DNA from: a virus
Direction: 5' to 3' (one strand)
Length of the DNA stretch: 64,000 nt
IMG/VR virus record: IMGVR_UViG_3300009182_000050
Coordinates: 8,172 to 72,171 of that record
The notes beneath the pieces are model-generated. The model worked only from the letters and a program-made list of their open reading frames with translations, was not told the DNA's origin and did no database searches. Below, piece by piece: positions 19,628 to 29,757 of this stretch. A program made the position numbers and the translations under genes. How positions within the stretch are numbered: position 1 is the first letter of the stretch; each line of letters opens with the position of its first letter.

Positions 19628-20368
19628 ATGGCTAACCCGGTAAAAAACCCTAAGATTTCACAACCTTGGGGTCGTCCAAATCCTCGTTATTCGGCTAAGC
19701 GTCATACAGGTATTGACTTTGCATGTCCTATTGGCACACCTATTTTTGCAGTTGCAAATGGTGTAATTGAAGATGTTATTACAGACACATCTTACGGTAA
19801 AGTTGTAATTCTTCGTTGCTCATCTGCTGAGAAAAAAATTGTACATATTTGGTACTGCCATTTATCACGTCAAGATGTTAAAAAAGGTCAAAAAGTTGAA
19901 GAGGGTGCTCAACTAGGTCTTACAGGTAATACAGGAAACTCAACTGGTCCGCATCTTCATCTAGAAACTCGCGTTGCACCATTCCGTTACGGTAATGATG
20001 TAAGCAATCCATTCTTGGATATTGCAGGAATCATTGACCCTAATGCTCCATCAGAGCGCAAGATTGGTCTTTGGAAGAAAACTATTGGTGCTGTAAAACC
20101 TGCTTCTTCATCAAAGCCAACAAAAGTTGTGCATATGTCTGGTCTTGTTTTTGGTGCTACTAATGATGACATTAAGGTTGTTCAGTCTGCACTTGTTGAC
20201 TTATGCGGTGCAGAAATTAATGCTGATGGTCATTATGATGACAAAACAAAAGAAGCTTATAAGTTATGGCAACATAAGTTAGGTTTCCACGGTAAAGATG
20301 CTGATGGTATTCCAGGCAAGAAGTCTATGGCTGAACTTGCAAAGCGATATGGATTTAAGTTGGTCTAG
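19628..20368 (+). CDS. M23 peptidase with C-terminal peptidoglycan-binding domain (endolysin-like)
   Basis: HTGIDF, YCHL, GNTGNSTGPHLHLE; DGHY...T...WQ and ADGIPG PG-binding motifs. Confidence 0.9.
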   Translation: MANPVKNPKISQPWGRPNPRYSAKRHTGIDFACPIGTPIFAVANGVIEDVITDTSYGKVVILRCSSAEKKIVHIWYCHLSRQDVKKGQKVEEGAQLGLTGNTGNSTGPHLHLETRVAPFRYGNDVSNPFLDIAGIIDPNAPSERKIGLWKKTIGAVKPASSSKPTKVVHMSGLVFGATNDDIKVVQSALVDLCGAEINADGHYDDKTKEAYKLWQHKLGFHGKDADGIPGKKSMAELAKRYGFKLV

Positions 20369-21783
20369 GGTCTAAAAACCCGACCACCACGTCCACTACT
20401 ACCGCCACCACGATTACGACCAGTATCAATTTTTCTATTGGCATGTGAGTGTGCAGTAATTCTTCCACCAACAAAACCTTGTGGTGGCTTAATAAGGAGA
20501 GCAGTAAGTGCATGGACTAGAGCGTCAACTCTATCAGGAGATTTACCTTCTCCTGGAATCCATGAGGTCATCTGGTCTTCAAGTTCAGCGAGAAAACCAA
20601 TATGGTGAACTCGTCCCTGCTCGTAAGCCAAAACTGTTGGTTCGGCTCTCAAAGCCTTACCGTGCTTTGAGTGAACTTCTAAAACAGTAACACTTGGGTC
20701 AATAGCATTAATTGCATTACGCACCAATGCTCCACCCTGATTAACTTCAGCAATAACTGGACACATCCATTTACGAGCCATCTCTACAACTTTATTTGCC
20801 CATACATCTGGTGAACCAAGTACAGAAGCATCTTCAAGAATCCATGCCTCACGCTTATAAAGGTCGCGGTCTCCAGTAGATGCACAAACTACAATTCCAC
20901 ACTCATCTCGTGGATTCTCAGCAACAGATGGGTCAACACCAATACAACGAAGCGGTGTTCCCATAGGAAATGAAGCGTGACGATTACGCTCAATCATTTC
21001 AATAGTCCACAAAGCACCTTCAATATCGTCAAGCATCTCACCATAAAGTTCTTGAGCTGCCAGACGAGTTCCTTCATAAACACCCATAATGGCATCCATA
21101 TATGCGGTAGAAAGATTTCCTGCGTTATCCATTGTGCTTCCACGAGTAATAACTACATTTCCACTTTTCTTTGATTCTTCAATAAGTTGATAAAGTAGTG
21201 CTACTCGTTTGGGTGTAGTGGTGACCATAATCTTTGGACGAGCACCAAGACGAGTACCAACTCGTAAGTTATCAAATGCAGTCATGCCAGCAGCGTCTGG
21301 AGTCTGTCGCCATGCGGCTACCTCGTCTCCCCAAGCGTGAGTGAATTGTGGTCCACGAAGTGAGTCAGGTTCATCTGCAGTAAAGCAAGTTGCAGTATTT
21401 CCATTAGGCCAAGTTAGACGACGCTTAGATGGTTCATAATGTGGTTTTTCACTAGGAGGTGAAACATTAATAATTCCTGATTCACCTTCAACAATAACAT
21501 CGCGCACATCGGCAGCAGTACGAGCAACAAGGGCAAAACGAAGTTGTCCATTAGTTGTGTACTTTGCCTCTTCACGAACCCACTCGGCAGCAGTACGAGT
21601 TTTGCCAGCACCACGACCAGCAATATAAGCCCAAATATTCCAATCACCTTGAGGTGATTGTTGTTCAGGACGACCCCAAGCCTTCCAGTCCCAAAGAAGA
21701 TTGTCCATATCCATATCAGCAAGAACAGCATTACGCTCTGCTTCTGAAAGCAAAGCAATCTGCTCCATCAAACTCTTGCCCAT
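20365..21783 (-). CDS. terL: Terminase large subunit
   Basis: AGRGAGKT Walker A, LRGPQF, WGDE Walker B, TTTP, GVDPS, SPDRVDA nuclease motif; ATG at 21783 with GAGG RBS. Confidence 0.92.
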   Translation of the reverse strand: MGKSLMEQIALLSEAERNAVLADMDMDNLLWDWKAWGRPEQQSPQGDWNIWAYIAGRGAGKTRTAAEWVREEAKYTTNGQLRFALVARTAADVRDVIVEGESGIINVSPPSEKPHYEPSKRRLTWPNGNTATCFTADEPDSLRGPQFTHAWGDEVAAWRQTPDAAGMTAFDNLRVGTRLGARPKIMVTTTPKRVALLYQLIEESKKSGNVVITRGSTMDNAGNLSTAYMDAIMGVYEGTRLAAQELYGEMLDDIEGALWTIEMIERNRHASFPMGTPLRCIGVDPSVAENPRDECGIVVCASTGDRDLYKREAWILEDASVLGSPDVWANKVVEMARKWMCPVIAEVNQGGALVRNAINAIDPSVTVLEVHSKHGKALRAEPTVLAYEQGRVHHIGFLAELEDQMTSWIPGEGKSPDRVDALVHALTALLIKPPQGFVGGRITAHSHANRKIDTGRNRGGGSSGRGGRVFRP

Positions 21784-21846
21784 ATTTCCTCGCTTAAAAT
21801 AAATACCCCCAGTACCAAGTAGTACCGGGGGCATAAGTTTTATTAT

Positions 21847-22341
21847 TTAACTATTGCGCTTCAAACTACTCTGTACTCCATAATACAGGGGAGCAGCTGA
21901 ACTTAGTCCAAGTTCACGCGCAAGAATTGAAAGAGAAACACCACTACGGTATTCATCTGCTAGTTGGTCATGGTACTGGTCAATACCAATTTCTTTTGCT
22001 TCCTTGACTCGCTGTGCAGCATCAAGATTCTGTTGCTTTGTTGCTCGTGTCTTTGGCTTAATGCTGGACACTGATACATCTTTCATAACAACTCGGCGGC
22101 GCAGTCCTGGGTAAGCAACTTTAAGTGCTACAGCAAGTTGTGGAAGACTTCCACCCTTTTCCTGATACTCAACAAGAAGTTCCGTATAGGTACGACTTGC
22201 TGTGTGTTCTGGACTATTTTGGCTACGAGAACCGTAAGCCTTTTTAGCCAATGGCAGGATAGGAGTAATCTTTTCCGTATACTCAACTAAAAGTTCATTC
22301 ATAATGTCTTTTTTCTCCAATTTGTCATTAGCGTGTGTCAT
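21847..22341 (-). CDS. Tandem HTH-like DNA-binding protein
   Basis: GGSLPQLAVALKVAYPGLRRR and GVSLSILARELGL segments. Confidence 0.6.
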   Translation of the reverse strand: MTHANDKLEKKDIMNELLVEYTEKITPILPLAKKAYGSRSQNSPEHTASRTYTELLVEYQEKGGSLPQLAVALKVAYPGLRRRVVMKDVSVSSIKPKTRATKQQNLDAAQRVKEAKEIGIDQYHDQLADEYRSGVSLSILARELGLSSAAPLYYGVQSSLKRNS

Positions 22342-22411
22342 AGAACTATGGTACAAGCTATTAATAACTAATGCAAATCAGATAGATATCTAAAGACATC
22401 TTCCTGCACTT

Positions 22412-22624
22412 TTATTCGTTATTGTCTTTAGAATCTTCTTTTTCTAATGGCTCACGAAGGCGTAGCGTGATAAGCCATAAAACTAGAGAAAAGAGGATTG
22501 CATAACCCACAATAACTCTGGCTGAACCGTCAAGCACGCACCAAGCAACAAACATACCTAAAAGTGTCCATGTCTGGTTTAGTGACTCAACGATGATATC
22601 TTTAATCCAACGAAGTAGTCTCAT
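22412..22624 (-). CDS. Small two-TM membrane protein
   Basis: Two hydrophobic helices; coupled to the upstream large surface protein. Confidence 0.65.
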   Translation of the reverse strand: MRLLRWIKDIIVESLNQTWTLLGMFVAWCVLDGSARVIVGYAILFSLVLWLITLRLREPLEKEDSKDNNE

Positions 22625-25089
22625 TATATTTTCCTTGTCAATAGTGATGCAGTTCCAGCAATAACCTGAGTTACAATTACAGCTGGAATTGCTGCTTGTT
22701 GTGCTTTCTTGCGTGTTTCTGGTGTCATATCTGCACCAACATTTGCGATAGCAGTAAGTGCTTTACCTGGGTTGGTAAATACTGCTGACAAAATCTCGGA
22801 AGGGGCTTCAAAAATTTGTAGAGCGTCAGCAACATTAGCTGTCAAAACTACGCCATTTTCCAAAGTAATTGGTTGCTCTGGTGGCAAGTCTGAGTAATCC
22901 AAGCCGGACTCTGCAAAGACATCAGCAGGAATTGCTGTATCTGCATAAGCCGTAACAAGAACATCAGAAACTAATTGTTTTTCTTCCTCGGATAACTGAC
23001 CATCTGCTTGCAAGTTATCAACAAGATTTGTTACTTCTTCTTGACTAAGATTTCCATCAGATAATAAATTACTAACAATTGCTTGAGTCTCTGCTTGAGT
23101 TATAACTCCATCAGATGATGCATTGTCTACAAGAACTTGTTGCTCTTGCTGAGAAGAGATAGTAGGCTCAACTGTAGGTTCAACATTAGGAGTTGGTTCA
23201 GGTGAAGAAGTTACTACGGGCTTTGGGGACGGTTCTGATGATGGGGTTTTGGATGGTTTTGGTTCAGGCTCTTTTGTTGGGGTCACTATGGGCGGTTCTG
23301 TTGGTTCTGACGTCGGTGTGGGAGTAGGTTCAACAGTTGGTTCTACAGTAGGTTCAGGTGTTGGTTCAACAGTTGGAGTTGGTTCAACAGTTGGCTCTAC
23401 AGTTGGAGTTGGCTCAATAGTTGGGCTAGGTTCTACAGTTGGGGTTGGGGTTGGCTCTGGTGTTGGTTCAACAGTTGGTTCTGGAGTTGGAGTTGGAGTT
23501 GGAGTTGGAGTTGGAGTAGGAGTAGGTTCAACTACAATACCTAAATCACAAATAGAATCTCCAGAAACTCTTTGACAAGAATTAGTTCCTGGGCCACCAT
23601 AAAATAAACCATTCTCATCTATGACAAGATTAGTGTCGTCTCCTTCACCACCATAAAATGCTGAGTGCCACTGTTGAACAACAATGTCATTCCCAGCACC
23701 ACCAAAAAAGTAATCTCTAGTTTGTGCATCAGAATCTAAAGAATAAACAGTATTATTTTCAGAGTTACCACAAAAAATATCTGGACTATTGCCATAGTTA
23801 TTACCAAATTCTCTAGAACCTTCAGCCAAATTTATATGCCAGTATCCTGAGTAAACTCCTGCTAATAATTGTTCTCTAGTAATTCCTATGATTGAAAGTA
23901 TTGAATCTGCAGTAAAACTTGGGTCATCAATGTTTGCTGCACATTGGTCAATTGTTGGAGGCTCTGCTGGACATTGCTGATTCCACTCAACATATGAACT
24001 ATCCCAACAATGAACAGGTGGTGGAATTACTGGACAAACACCATTCCACGGAACTACATCATTATTCCAACAAATAATATCGGGTGGAGTTGGAGCACAC
24101 TCTGATTGATAGTGAACTACGGAGTCGTCCCAGCAAACTACTTGAGGCTCTATAGGACAAGTATCATTCCAAGCAATAGAAGCACCATTCCAGCATTGAA
24201 TAGGTGGTGGTTCTGGTAAGCAAGTACCATTCCAAGAAACAGTAGAACCGTTCCAACATTGAACATCAGGAGGAGTTGGTGGACAAGTTTGATTGTAAGG
24301 AATTGTAGAGCCATCCCAGCATTGAATTGGCTGAGGAATTACTGGACAAGTTTGACTCCAAGTTACCCAAGAACCGTCCCAGCACTGTGTGTCTGGTGGA
24401 ACTGGTGGGCAGGTCTGATTCCACGCGACTGTTGAGCCATCCCAACATTGACCTGCTGGAGGTTCTGCAGGACAGGTTGAAGTAAGAGGAATTACAGAAC
24501 CATCCCAACAAGATTGCATTTCAATTGGTCGGCCACCATTAACAGTAAATGCCTCAGAGATGGTAACTACATCTTGCCCAGAAATAAATCTAATACCTCT
24601 ACGAAGACTACTTGGAAGCCATCCTGTTGTTTCAATAGTTCCTGACCAAGCTGGTAAACGAGAAGTATCAACAGTCAATGTAATTTTTGTAAAATCACCA
24701 TTGTTTTGTGGGTATGGACGAACCATCCACTCTACACAAAAACCTGTTTCAGTTGCTCCATAACTCAGGTAACCACCAGACCAAGTAACCCAATCCCATC
24801 CGGCTAAAGAGATAGAAGGAGTATTTGGATAACTACTAAATGTTGCATCAGGTGAACCAAATGTGAGCGTTCCATTTGTAGTTGCGTAGACAGTATCGTA
24901 AGAAGTGTCACCAAGATTTATATTTGTAGGAAGAAATATTTGATGTGCAACATCATCTTCGCCTGTCCAAGAAACTTGGTTGCAAGGCTGAGGGGCTACC
25001 GCATTTGCAGGACTCTGAAATGCTAATGGTAAAACTACCAATAATGCTAAATATGTATAAGCGGTTAAGGCTCTAATAAACTTAGACAA
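22624..25089 (-). CDS. Large secreted/membrane-anchored protein with CW(D/N) repeats, GGxGxD motifs and PT/PE linker
   Basis: Signal-like N-terminus, nine CW(D/N)xx...C-x-x-x-P repeats, GGAGND/GGEGDD motifs, long PTPEPT linker, hydrophobic C-terminus. Confidence 0.8.
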   Translation of the reverse strand: MSKFIRALTAYTYLALLVVLPLAFQSPANAVAPQPCNQVSWTGEDDVAHQIFLPTNINLGDTSYDTVYATTNGTLTFGSPDATFSSYPNTPSISLAGWDWVTWSGGYLSYGATETGFCVEWMVRPYPQNNGDFTKITLTVDTSRLPAWSGTIETTGWLPSSLRRGIRFISGQDVVTISEAFTVNGGRPIEMQSCWDGSVIPLTSTCPAEPPAGQCWDGSTVAWNQTCPPVPPDTQCWDGSWVTWSQTCPVIPQPIQCWDGSTIPYNQTCPPTPPDVQCWNGSTVSWNGTCLPEPPPIQCWNGASIAWNDTCPIEPQVVCWDDSVVHYQSECAPTPPDIICWNNDVVPWNGVCPVIPPPVHCWDSSYVEWNQQCPAEPPTIDQCAANIDDPSFTADSILSIIGITREQLLAGVYSGYWHINLAEGSREFGNNYGNSPDIFCGNSENNTVYSLDSDAQTRDYFFGGAGNDIVVQQWHSAFYGGEGDDTNLVIDENGLFYGGPGTNSCQRVSGDSICDLGIVVEPTPTPTPTPTPTPTPEPTVEPTPEPTPTPTVEPSPTIEPTPTVEPTVEPTPTVEPTPEPTVEPTVEPTPTPTSEPTEPPIVTPTKEPEPKPSKTPSSEPSPKPVVTSSPEPTPNVEPTVEPTISSQQEQQVLVDNASSDGVITQAETQAIVSNLLSDGNLSQEEVTNLVDNLQADGQLSEEEKQLVSDVLVTAYADTAIPADVFAESGLDYSDLPPEQPITLENGVVLTANVADALQIFEAPSEILSAVFTNPGKALTAIANVGADMTPETRKKAQQAAIPAVIVTQVIAGTASLLTRKI
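23160..23535 (-). repeat. Pro/Thr/Glu linker tandem repeats (coding)
   Basis: (ggagtt)n and ggttcaacagtt repeats encoding [12 protein letters not shown]. Confidence 0.8.
23957..24518 (-). repeat. Nine ~21-aa cysteine repeats (coding)
   Basis: e.g. [57 protein letters not shown]. Confidence 0.8.
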
Positions 25090-25170
25090 AGTAGCCCCTC
25101 CAGCAAGGGTATTCGTTCCGTGTGTCAGCCTGTGTGTCGTCAGACTTATATCACTATTTTACTTTAGTTA

Positions 25171-25848
25171 CTAACTATCTAAGTTATCTATTTGTTTCAC
25201 ATAAGCAATGTATGCGTGTCTAACAGTTGCTGGATACCATTGCTTTCCTTCGTGTGCAGTAGGTATTCCCTCAGCATTAAGAGCATTAGCAATAAGTTGA
25301 TAAGACATTCCTAACTGTCTATTTTTATAGATTCTTTCTCGTACTTCTTTCTCAATATCTGGTGTAGGTCCAAGGTCTATACCCCAAACTTTTCCATTAC
25401 TTCGTCTATCACGGTGAACATCTTTTTGACGTTCAGAAATCATTCCGCGTTCCATCTCCGCCATAGCAGCCATAATGGTAACAACAAAACGACCCTGATG
25501 AGTTGCAGTATCAAGACCAAGGTCAAGAAGAGCCAAACGCCAACCAAACTTATGAGAACGGTCAACAATGCTAAGAAAATCTTTAGTTGAACGCGCCAAT
25601 CTATCAAGACGTGTGACATAAATTGCCTGAGCCTTTCCTGCGTCTAGGTCATCTAGCGCATTTCTTAGTACTGGTCGTCCTTGAATACTTTTACCTGAGC
25701 GACCTTCTTCTCTTAAAATTACTGGTTCATAGTCAGCAGCAAGTGCTGCATACTCCATTTGTTTGACCTGAGCATCAAGACTGATTCCATCATTGACCTG
25801 CATCTGTGTTGATACGCGAGCATAGAGGTAAGCAATTCCGTTAAACAT
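25171..25848 (-). CDS. Serine recombinase (resolvase-like with short C-terminal recombinase domain)
   Basis: YARVST, SG...RP, RLDRLAR, EMERGMISER, IANALNAEGIPT...W. Confidence 0.9.
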   Translation of the reverse strand: MFNGIAYLYARVSTQMQVNDGISLDAQVKQMEYAALAADYEPVILREEGRSGKSIQGRPVLRNALDDLDAGKAQAIYVTRLDRLARSTKDFLSIVDRSHKFGWRLALLDLGLDTATHQGRFVVTIMAAMAEMERGMISERQKDVHRDRRSNGKVWGIDLGPTPDIEKEVRERIYKNRQLGMSYQLIANALNAEGIPTAHEGKQWYPATVRHAYIAYVKQIDNLDS

Positions 25849-26050
25849 TTAAGTTTGTGTATTTCTGAGCATACTTGTAAACAAGGCCAGCTATGAGTAT
25901 GTCGTCTAGTTGGCCTAGGACTGGGATAAAGTCTGGGATTAAGTCAATGGGGGATAAGAGGTATATAACTAAAAAAACTACAGCAATCTTTACTTTAAGA
26001 GGGGCGTGACTAAAAGTCTCTCTATTAATCATTTCTTTGACTTTAAGCAT
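25841..26050 (-). CDS. DUF1232 (YkvA) membrane protein
   Basis: YLLSPIDLIPDFIPVLGQLDD. Confidence 0.9.
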   Translation of the reverse strand: MLKVKEMINRETFSHAPLKVKIAVVFLVIYLLSPIDLIPDFIPVLGQLDDILIAGLVYKYAQKYTNLNV

Positions 26051-26423
26051 TTACTACTCTTTTAATACCTGCGGAAGCAATTAGCTTTGTACATCCAGGG
26101 CAAGGTTGACCAGTTATGTAAAGAGTTGCCCCTAAAAGGTCGCTCCAGGAAGCCCGTAGAAGCGCGTTTGACTCTGCGTGGGTACTCCAACATAGGTCAT
26201 ATTGACCCTTTGCGTGTTCTGAAGTGGAGTCAAGTGCTCGTGGGCATTGACCTGTCGTACCACAAGAACGCTCATCTCCTGCTGGAGTTCCATTGTATCC
26301 TGTTGAAACAATCTTATGGTCTTTAACGACTACTGCTCCGTGCTGAGCACGAACGCAATCTCCTCGTAAAGAAACTGCTTTGGCAATTCCTAAGTAGTAG
26401 TCATCCCAACTTGGACGATTCAC
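26043..26423 (-). CDS. dCMP deaminase
   Basis: RPSWDDYY, STGYNG, HAESNA, PCPGC. Confidence 0.92.
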   Translation of the reverse strand: MNRPSWDDYYLGIAKAVSLRGDCVRAQHGAVVVKDHKIVSTGYNGTPAGDERSCGTTGQCPRALDSTSEHAKGQYDLCWSTHAESNALLRASWSDLLGATLYITGQPCPGCTKLIASAGIKRVVNA

Positions 26424-26623
26424 TTTGATTCAGCAGTAGGTACTGACTTGAGTCCACTTGACTCAACTTCTTTGACTTCAGTTAACTCATCTTCACTAAT
26501 AAAAAGATTAACTAAACCTTTGAAGCATCCAATTACTGCAGCAATGCAGAACATAAATACAATAAAAAGTAGGCTGTAGGCAAACATAGTCCAGATAGCA
26601 TCTACAACAACAGATAAACTCAT
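26420..26623 (-). CDS. Small membrane protein
   Basis: Hydrophobic N-terminus, GAAAGGG RBS, overlap with deaminase. Confidence 0.5.
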   Translation of the reverse strand: MSLSVVVDAIWTMFAYSLLFIVFMFCIAAVIGCFKGLVNLFISEDELTEVKEVESSGLKSVPTAESK

Positions 26624-26900
26624 TGATTCCGCCCTTTCTAAGGCAATATAACATATAGACTTAAACTTAAGTGTATACGATAATTATGCCATAAAGCAAG
26701 CAAAACGCCCAATTAGAGCCTGTGGATAACTTTTGACATTTTCCGGGCCTTAAAGCATTGCATCACAATGCAACAAAAGGGGGTAAAAAGTTGCATTGTG
26801 GTGCAACGCTACCAATTTCACAGGTTCTACGCTACCAATAGCACAAAAAGAACCGCCCCTCTACCGTAAGGATGAAGAGGGACGGTCTCTTATGTCGGAA

Positions 26901-27638
26901 CTACTTGACGAGTGCTGCCCACGATTTAGGGCCAATGATGCCATCAGCGTTGCCGAACTTTGGATTTGCCTTTTGCCAAGCAACAACAGCCTTCTTGGTC
27001 ACAGGACCATAAACGCCATCTGCCTTAAGCCCAAGAGCAGTTTGAATCAACTTAATATGTGCGCCCGACTCACCTGGGTCAATCGTCTCGCCGGGATAGT
27101 CTTTAGGACCTGGAGCCTTTTCAACCTTAGTAGCGATAGCAACGCCAAACTTAGGGCGACCAAAACCAACAATGCTGATATCAACGCCTTTCTTATTAGC
27201 CTTGAATCCCCGAACCTTTTTCTGAACCATTCCACCATTACGCTGGTCACCAACGCGACCGGCAGTGTTGCCTTCAATGGTAGTTACAGTTCCGTCATTG
27301 TTATCCTTCACAACAATGCCAACATGCGAGATTCCAGTGAAACCATCTTCAGGGAAATCAAAATATACAATGTCACCCGGCTGGGGCTTAGCAACATCTG
27401 CATCTTCCCAAGACTTTGCTTTCTTAAAAGCGTCAGCACCTGCTGGAGTGTAAACAGTATTAGGAACTTTTACACCTGCCTGATTAGCGCACCACATAAC
27501 AAAACTTCCACACCAAGGCTGGTAGTTAGCCTTTGTGAAAGCACCGTAGCGTGTTTGGTTTTCCTTTGGACCTTCAACGGTTCCAATTTCTTTTGTAGCA
27601 ACTTCAATAAGTCGAGTTGCTGTACCTTGCTCTGCCAT
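26901..27638 (-). CDS. CHAP/amidase endolysin with peptidoglycan-binding domain
   Basis: PWCGSFVMWC, PGDIVYF, HVGIV, TIEGNT; DGVYGPVT...ADGIIGPKSW. Confidence 0.9.
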   Translation of the reverse strand: MAEQGTATRLIEVATKEIGTVEGPKENQTRYGAFTKANYQPWCGSFVMWCANQAGVKVPNTVYTPAGADAFKKAKSWEDADVAKPQPGDIVYFDFPEDGFTGISHVGIVVKDNNDGTVTTIEGNTAGRVGDQRNGGMVQKKVRGFKANKKGVDISIVGFGRPKFGVAIATKVEKAPGPKDYPGETIDPGESGAHIKLIQTALGLKADGVYGPVTKKAVVAWQKANPKFGNADGIIGPKSWAALVK

Positions 27639-27759
27639 AAGACCTCTTCTTTGACTTCTTTGATTGATAAAACAATTTTATCTAATAATGAAAAAGGCTA
27701 TTTTGAACATAGAAAAACCCCCCTAGAAAACTAGAGGGGCTTTATTATAAATCTAAAAC

Positions 27760-28878
27760 CTAATTTTCCGGGCCTTCTAGGTCTATAAACGGAACCCCTT
27801 TAGGTTCCCGAAGATTAGCCAGAATGTTTTTGAGGGGAAGGGATGCGATGTGGGAGGAGGAGTCAAGTGCCCCGAAGGAAACAAGAACCTTTCCATCTTT
27901 GATTGCTAGGCCGGCCGCAAACTCAATGGATTTATTAAGGAAGTTAAACATCTCGGAGACTTTAATAACTTGACCTTTTTCATTGAACTGAATAAATCGG
28001 TGAACATATCTGCGACGGATTAGAGTCTCTTTTGTTAAAGATGCAAAACGAATTGTTTCAGTAGTTACAGTCTGATGAATGATTGCAAGCATTGTCCCAT
28101 TATCAAGACCAATAACCTGTGAGCCACCTCTAATGGGTAAGTCATAGCCACCAATGGTTTTAAGTTCTTGGCCTTCAAGGTTGAAAGTCTTAGAGCAACT
28201 ATAAATATAATCAAATGACACATCATCTGAATTAGTCAGACTTGGACGGTTAACTGGCATCCAGTTCTTTTCAACAGTTCCGTGATGGATTGGTGACTCA
28301 ATTACAGTCATAGTTCCACCAACAGGTTTACCACTAGATATATCAAGAGTTAAGTTACACATCTTAGCTACTGGAATTTTGTCAAACTCAAAAATGTTTG
28401 CGCTAATACGCAAAGTCTTCCCATCGTGGTAAAGGCGACCATCTTCAATTCCACGGAAAAGTTTAATACCAGTCTCTTCCTCAAACTTAGCGTAAGTACC
28501 TGACAAATCTACTTCTTGCATATTGCTAATAGTTAAAGTTGTTGGATTTAACTTTGCAATAAACATCTTATTTTGGAATAGCTTTTCGCTACCTAATTGA
28601 GCATTGATATAAGCATTGACATACCACTCAGATGGTTCATCATAAGAATCAGCAGTAGTGAGTTCTTCTCCAAGAGGTGTTTGCCACTCTGGTCTATGGT
28701 CTTTTAGAACAGCATTTGCAGAGCGAAACAATACAAGATAACCGTGCTCTTCTGTATAACATACAGAAGGGTTAAAAGCAGACCATACTGGTTCATCGCA
28801 GAAGCGAGCAATCTGCTTTATTTTTGCTCCCAGCAAATCTACAATCGTAGGAATGTTTTTTGGGTAATCTACTGTCAT
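27760..28878 (-). CDS. Five-bladed beta-propeller glycoside hydrolase-like protein (GH130/GH43-like)
   Basis: AFNPSV, IEDGRL, EKNWMP, RGGS, YVHRF, IEFAAGL, VSFG-x-x-D. Confidence 0.65.
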   Translation of the reverse strand: MTVDYPKNIPTIVDLLGAKIKQIARFCDEPVWSAFNPSVCYTEEHGYLVLFRSANAVLKDHRPEWQTPLGEELTTADSYDEPSEWYVNAYINAQLGSEKLFQNKMFIAKLNPTTLTISNMQEVDLSGTYAKFEEETGIKLFRGIEDGRLYHDGKTLRISANIFEFDKIPVAKMCNLTLDISSGKPVGGTMTVIESPIHHGTVEKNWMPVNRPSLTNSDDVSFDYIYSCSKTFNLEGQELKTIGGYDLPIRGGSQVIGLDNGTMLAIIHQTVTTETIRFASLTKETLIRRRYVHRFIQFNEKGQVIKVSEMFNFLNKSIEFAAGLAIKDGKVLVSFGALDSSSHIASLPLKNILANLREPKGVPFIDLEGPEN

Positions 28879-28961
28879 AAAAGAACAGTAACATAACTAA
28901 GTTGTATTCTTATAAACAAACACGATTTTGATTTTGTCACCCTCTATGATAGGATTGATTT

Positions 28962-29249
28962 ATGGGACGTAAAAAGAAAGAACTTAATAATGTTCAATCA
29001 GCGCATCCGACATGGGTAGTATCTGATAAAATTCAAATCAACGGAAGAACCGTTACAGTAGGGACAGAACTATCTATCCGTGGAGAATCTGGAAGATTCC
29101 GATTCATTAAACACGTCAGGACTCCAGACAGCGAATGGGTAGATGTTATTGGTGGAAAGAAAAACTACGAAATGTGGCGGTCTTTTGCTATGGAAAACAT
29201 AAAAACAGTTCACCGACTGAATCGGACTAAACAGAATTCTGAGAGTTAA
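28962..29249 (+). CDS. Hypothetical phage protein
   Basis: GTELSIRGESGRFRF...WVD...RSF; promoter-like sequence just upstream. Confidence 0.6.
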   Translation: MGRKKKELNNVQSAHPTWVVSDKIQINGRTVTVGTELSIRGESGRFRFIKHVRTPDSEWVDVIGGKKNYEMWRSFAMENIKTVHRLNRTKQNSES

Positions 29250-29250
29250 G

Positions 29251-29757
29251 ATGACACCTCAAGAGACTTTACTAGCCACCGCTAGAGAAGAAATTGGCTA
29301 TACCTCTGGAGACAATAGCGATAACAAGTATGGTAAATGGTATGGGTTAAATAATCAGCCCTACTCAGCAATGTTTGTGTCTTGGTGCTTTGCCAAGTAT
29401 GGGTTGAGTTCTGCAGTAAACGCCACAACTGAAAAAGGATTCTCTTCACCCAAGAGTGGCTATGAGTGGTTTAAGAATAATAATAGATTAGTAGAAAAGG
29501 CTCAGCCAGGAGATTTAGTATTCCTTGCCTTTAACTCATTACACCCAAACCATATTGGAATTGTAGAGAAAGTTCTTTATACCAAGTTTATGGGGTTCAA
29601 AGTTCCTTGCGCTATCAAAACAATTGAAGCAAATGTTTGTAAGCCGCTGGGTAGAGCTGAAGGTGTCTTCACTCGTGTACGTCATTTAGGTGAAGATACA
29701 CACATCATTGGAATTGCTCGACCGGAGTGGGAACCTAAGCCCCTATCGGAGAACTAG
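29251..29757 (+). CDS. CHAP-like protein, catalytic Cys apparently replaced by Ser
   Basis: NKYGKWYG, QPYSAMFVSWC (usual PWC is PYS), PGDLVF, HIGIV, TIEAN. Confidence 0.75.
   Translation: MTPQETLLATAREEIGYTSGDNSDNKYGKWYGLNNQPYSAMFVSWCFAKYGLSSAVNATTEKGFSSPKSGYEWFKNNNRLVEKAQPGDLVFLAFNSLHPNHIGIVEKVLYTKFMGFKVPCAIKTIEANVCKPLGRAEGVFTRVRHLGEDTHIIGIARPEWEPKPLSEN

Noticed and set aside
23249-23575. Gly/Val/Ser-repeat ORF on plus strand
   Set aside because: Antisense translation of the PT/PE linker of the 821-aa protein
26796-27734. 312-aa plus-strand ORF
   Set aside because: Antisense shadow of the clear CHAP endolysin; no motifs or RBS
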